A stretch of DNA of 49,972 bases from assembly GCA_031414595.1 (NCBI GenBank), contig JANNVX010000060.1, positions 1 to 49,972 of the forward strand, read 5' to 3'. Below are positions 48,284-49,972 of this stretch, piece after piece (positions within the stretch are counted from its first letter, which is position 1; each line of letters starts with the position of its first letter). The DNA is from Deinococcales bacterium (GTDB lineage Bacteria > Deinococcota > Deinococci > Deinococcales > JAAFIG01). Under the pieces are notes generated by a model. The model ran no database searches. It worked only from the letters and a program-made list of their open reading frames with translations, and was not told where the DNA came from. Position numbers and translations under genes: made by a program.

Positions 48284-49761
48284 CTTTTAGACTGGGGCAA
48301 GAGGCTTTGCAAACGCCTAAAAGTGTCTTTGGGCAATACACTTAAAACCACCACCAATGCCAGCAGCAACAGCCACAAGCCAGCATTTCCGCCCGACAAA
48401 AATGACAATGGCGAAAGACTCGAGAGGACAACAGGTAGCGCATAAGGTCTGCCAAGTGCCAGTACCCCTAGAACCGCCGCCAGAATTGCACCAAGCCAGA
48501 TGGCAAGTGTCGGAGACAGATAACCCATCAAAACTGCGCTTGCACCTAAACCTAAGCCAATACCAAATAGGGCGATTGTCAACCTATAAGGCTCGAGCTT
48601 TATCTTTTGAGACAACCCATACAGACTTAGCCAAACCAAAGCCAAAACAATGCTAAACTGCATAAAGACATAGGTTTTACTCAAGGTCTCACGCAGCGAA
48701 GTCTCGGGAAAACTTAACACCACGCTTTGTGAAGTGACAATTTTTGGAAATTGCCAGACTAAACTCGAGCCAATCTGACTTGGATAGAGACTACCACGCA
48801 AAAATTTAATCGGTTTAGGCGAATTGACCTCGAGCTTAAAGTTATTGACAATCGTGCGTCCAGAAAAAGCATAATTCCAAGTGTCCGAGCCTTGATTTTT
48901 GTATTTAATTTGGGCAGTCACTTTTTCCTTGGGTTTAAGCGTTCCATACCAAGTAAAGCTGTTGTTGCTTGGGGCGATTTCTTTAGCCACTTCACCTCGA
49001 GCCAAAAATTCAAAATCGGATAATGTTCCCGAATTATCTGGAAAGGGAAATTCAAAAGTCACCTCGAGTGGCGTATCATTGGGGTTACTAAAGCTGTACT
49101 GTCCTTGAAAACTGGCACGGTAAAACGAGCGCCCCAAACCTGTATCGCCAAATTCAAATTGGGTCTTGAGGTTACTGGCTTCAATCGGTAAGCGCTGGTA
49201 CTCAACAATCTGGGCTTCGCGTACAAAAAAGAGGCTTTTGCCATTTTGAAGAATACTATCTACCACGCGGCGCACATTCTTACTTTGTGGTTCTGCCAAG
49301 TATTCTTTGACATACGGCAAAATTGCTTCGCGCCCTTCGGATTCAAGACGCTTTAAGACTTCTGGCGGCACACGAATACTGCGAATATAGGTCTTGGTTT
49401 CGGTGTAGCCAAGGCTTGGTTCACGCTGCACAGTATCGCGTCCGGGTGGGTCTTCGAGCTTTGAATACCGCGCATTGTTCTGACTGACATAGCGTAAACC
49501 AACGGCATACTGGGCAATTTTAAGACCAAACAACACCAACACAAGCACCACAGCAATCGGCAACCACGGCAATAAACGACTTGCTTTGAGGCTAACCCAA
49601 GTTCTGAGCAAGACAAAACCTTCACGGTGCAGACTGTAAAGCAGTAGCATCAACACCAATGCAAGTCCGACAACCAGCAGTGCAAACGGTATCGCCGCCA
49701 CCAGAATTGATAACCAAGCCTCAAGTCTCGAGAAAAAACCACCTATCGTATTTTGTACCAT
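48280..49761 (-). CDS. Membrane protein with extracytoplasmic VIT/CreD-like domain
   Basis: N-terminal TMs, F.GQYSFSNP...F.FPFP..SGTL domain, C-terminal TM bundle. Confidence 0.65.
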   Translation of the reverse strand: MVQNTIGGFFSRLEAWLSILVAAIPFALLVVGLALVLMLLLYSLHREGFVLLRTWVSLKASRLLPWLPIAVVLVLVLFGLKIAQYAVGLRYVSQNNARYSKLEDPPGRDTVQREPSLGYTETKTYIRSIRVPPEVLKRLESEGREAILPYVKEYLAEPQSKNVRRVVDSILQNGKSLFFVREAQIVEYQRLPIEASNLKTQFEFGDTGLGRSFYRASFQGQYSFSNPNDTPLEVTFEFPFPDNSGTLSDFEFLARGEVAKEIAPSNNSFTWYGTLKPKEKVTAQIKYKNQGSDTWNYAFSGRTIVNNFKLEVNSPKPIKFLRGSLYPSQIGSSLVWQFPKIVTSQSVVLSFPETSLRETLSKTYVFMQFSIVLALVWLSLYGLSQKIKLEPYRLTIALFGIGLGLGASAVLMGYLSPTLAIWLGAILAAVLGVLALGRPYALPVVLSSLSPLSFLSGGNAGLWLLLLALVVVLSVLPKDTFRRLQSLLPQSKS

Positions 49762-49835
49762 ACCTCGAGTCTAGCCCCTTGTATGAGTTTAGATGAATGG
49801 CTTGATGTTTGAATTCCAGCATGAATGTACTCATT

Positions 49836-49972
49836 AGACGTTATCGGAAATAAGAAACTAGCTCGATTTCCGCAAAGCCCGTTTGCGAAAAGCACAGCGA
49901 AGGTTATGCAAACCACAAGCAATCTCCATAAACCAATCAGAGCAATACCACTTCGTATTCCGCAACACGTCC
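49836..49972 (-). mobile_element. End of an IS5-family (ISL2-like, DDE_Tnp_4) element, truncated by the window edge
   Basis: Minus frame 49971-49858 reads DVLRNTKWYCSDWFMEIACGLHNLR...stop; putative terminal IR AGACGTTATCGGAAATAAG 49836-49854. Confidence 0.7.

Noticed and set aside
1-49972. CTCGAG abundance as a cloning or synthetic artefact (XhoI linkers)
   Set aside because: Sites sit in-frame within intact conserved genes in all three frames without disrupting motifs
1-49972. tRNA, rRNA or known riboswitch genes
   Set aside because: No cloverleaf, rRNA-like or recognisable riboswitch consensus seen in the intergenic regions

Overview
Gene-dense bacterial chromosomal segment, about 47% GC by eye. 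Deinococcota origin is inferred from protein style and pervasive TAnnnT-(6-7 nt)-ATG leaderless promoters. Housekeeping genes: malic enzyme, miaA, anmK, aat, def, fmt, queG, gluQ, argB, argF, argG, argH, an argA-like gene, sugar ABC permeases, HtrA, a P450 and an hxlR-yceI-VOC-esterase stress cluster. Accessory content: a Septu-like ATPase+HNH pair, a HigBA-like toxin-antitoxin (TA) pair, eight small genes packed between argG and argH (including a nucleotidyltransferase TA-like pair), and the end of an IS5-family element at the right edge. The strongest non-gene signals are four. (1) The palindrome CTCGAG occurs about 306 times (hand count; about 11 expected), in all reading frames, like a HIP1-type highly iterated palindrome. 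(2) A leaderless Arg-containing leader peptide with alternative stem-loops sits behind tandem ARG boxes upstream of argG, a candidate arginine attenuator. (3) One conserved 38-bp element is inserted in the loops of two different GTAG-REP hairpins. (4) Short duplications with a 24-26 bp period recur at gene junctions. All calls come from reading the sequence; no database search was run.
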